DNA of 64,000 nucleotides, from NCBI GenBank assembly GCA_035221665.1, contig CM069136.1, positions 113,522,001 to 113,586,000 of the forward strand, in the 5' to 3' direction. Position 1 is the stretch's first letter. Each line of letters starts with the position of its first letter. Positions 63,601-64,000 of this stretch are shown here, piece after piece. A program made the position numbers and the translations under genes. The DNA comes from Okamejei kenojei (lineage: Eukaryota). Below the pieces are notes generated by a model. The model searched no databases and was not told the origin of the DNA. It saw nothing but the letters and a program-made list of their open reading frames with translations.

Positions 63601-63990
63601 GAAACATAGAAAATAGGTGCAGGAGGAGGCCATTCGGCCCTTCGAGCCAGCACCGCCATTCATTGTGATCATGGCTGATCGTCCCCTATCAATAACCCGT
63701 GCCTGCCTTTTCCCCATATCCCTTGACTCCACTAGCCTCTAGAGCTCTATCTAACTCTCTCTTAAATCCATCCAGTGACTTGGCCTCCACTGTGGCAGGG
63801 AATTCCATAAATTCACAACTCTCTGGGTGAAAACGTTTTTTTCTCATCTCAGTCTTAAATGACCTCCCCTTTATTCTAAGACTGTGGCCCCTGGTTCTGG
63901 ACTCGCCCACGACATTGGGAACATTTTTCCTGCATCTAGCTTGTCCAGTCCTGTTTTATAATTTGATATGTAATTTGAAACTCCAGTGAA
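63601..63990 (-). mobile_element. CR1 family B 3' fragment
   Basis: ORF remnant GESRTRGHSLRIKG and the same 3' UTR and tail. Confidence 0.88.
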
Positions 63991-64000
63991 GAGGAAGAGG

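Overview
Vertebrate genomic DNA, not prokaryotic. The repeat families (CR1, Rex/Babar-like, V-SINE/HE1-like, Penelope-type) suggest a cartilaginous fish such as a skate or ray (inference). The window holds the head-to-head zinc-finger pair ZIC5 (minus strand, 2 coding exons, 473 aa) and ZIC2 (plus strand, 3 coding exons, 453 aa), with start codons 10.2 kb apart. Both lie in a ~31 kb almost transposon-free core. The flanks are repeat-rich and carry a solitary intact tRNA-Glu(TTC), young and nested CR1 LINE fragments, Rex- and L2-like LINE remnants, and more than 12 copies of a short Penelope-type repeat. That repeat has a minimal hammerhead-ribozyme core, often sits in inverted pairs, and one copy has a perfect 13-bp target-site duplication. 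There are four N gaps. Orthology and family calls rest on recalled sequences and were not verified by search. No wholly new system can be shown from sequence alone. The best leads are the hammerhead-bearing repeat family and an AUG-less, apparently conserved in-frame leader of ZIC5.
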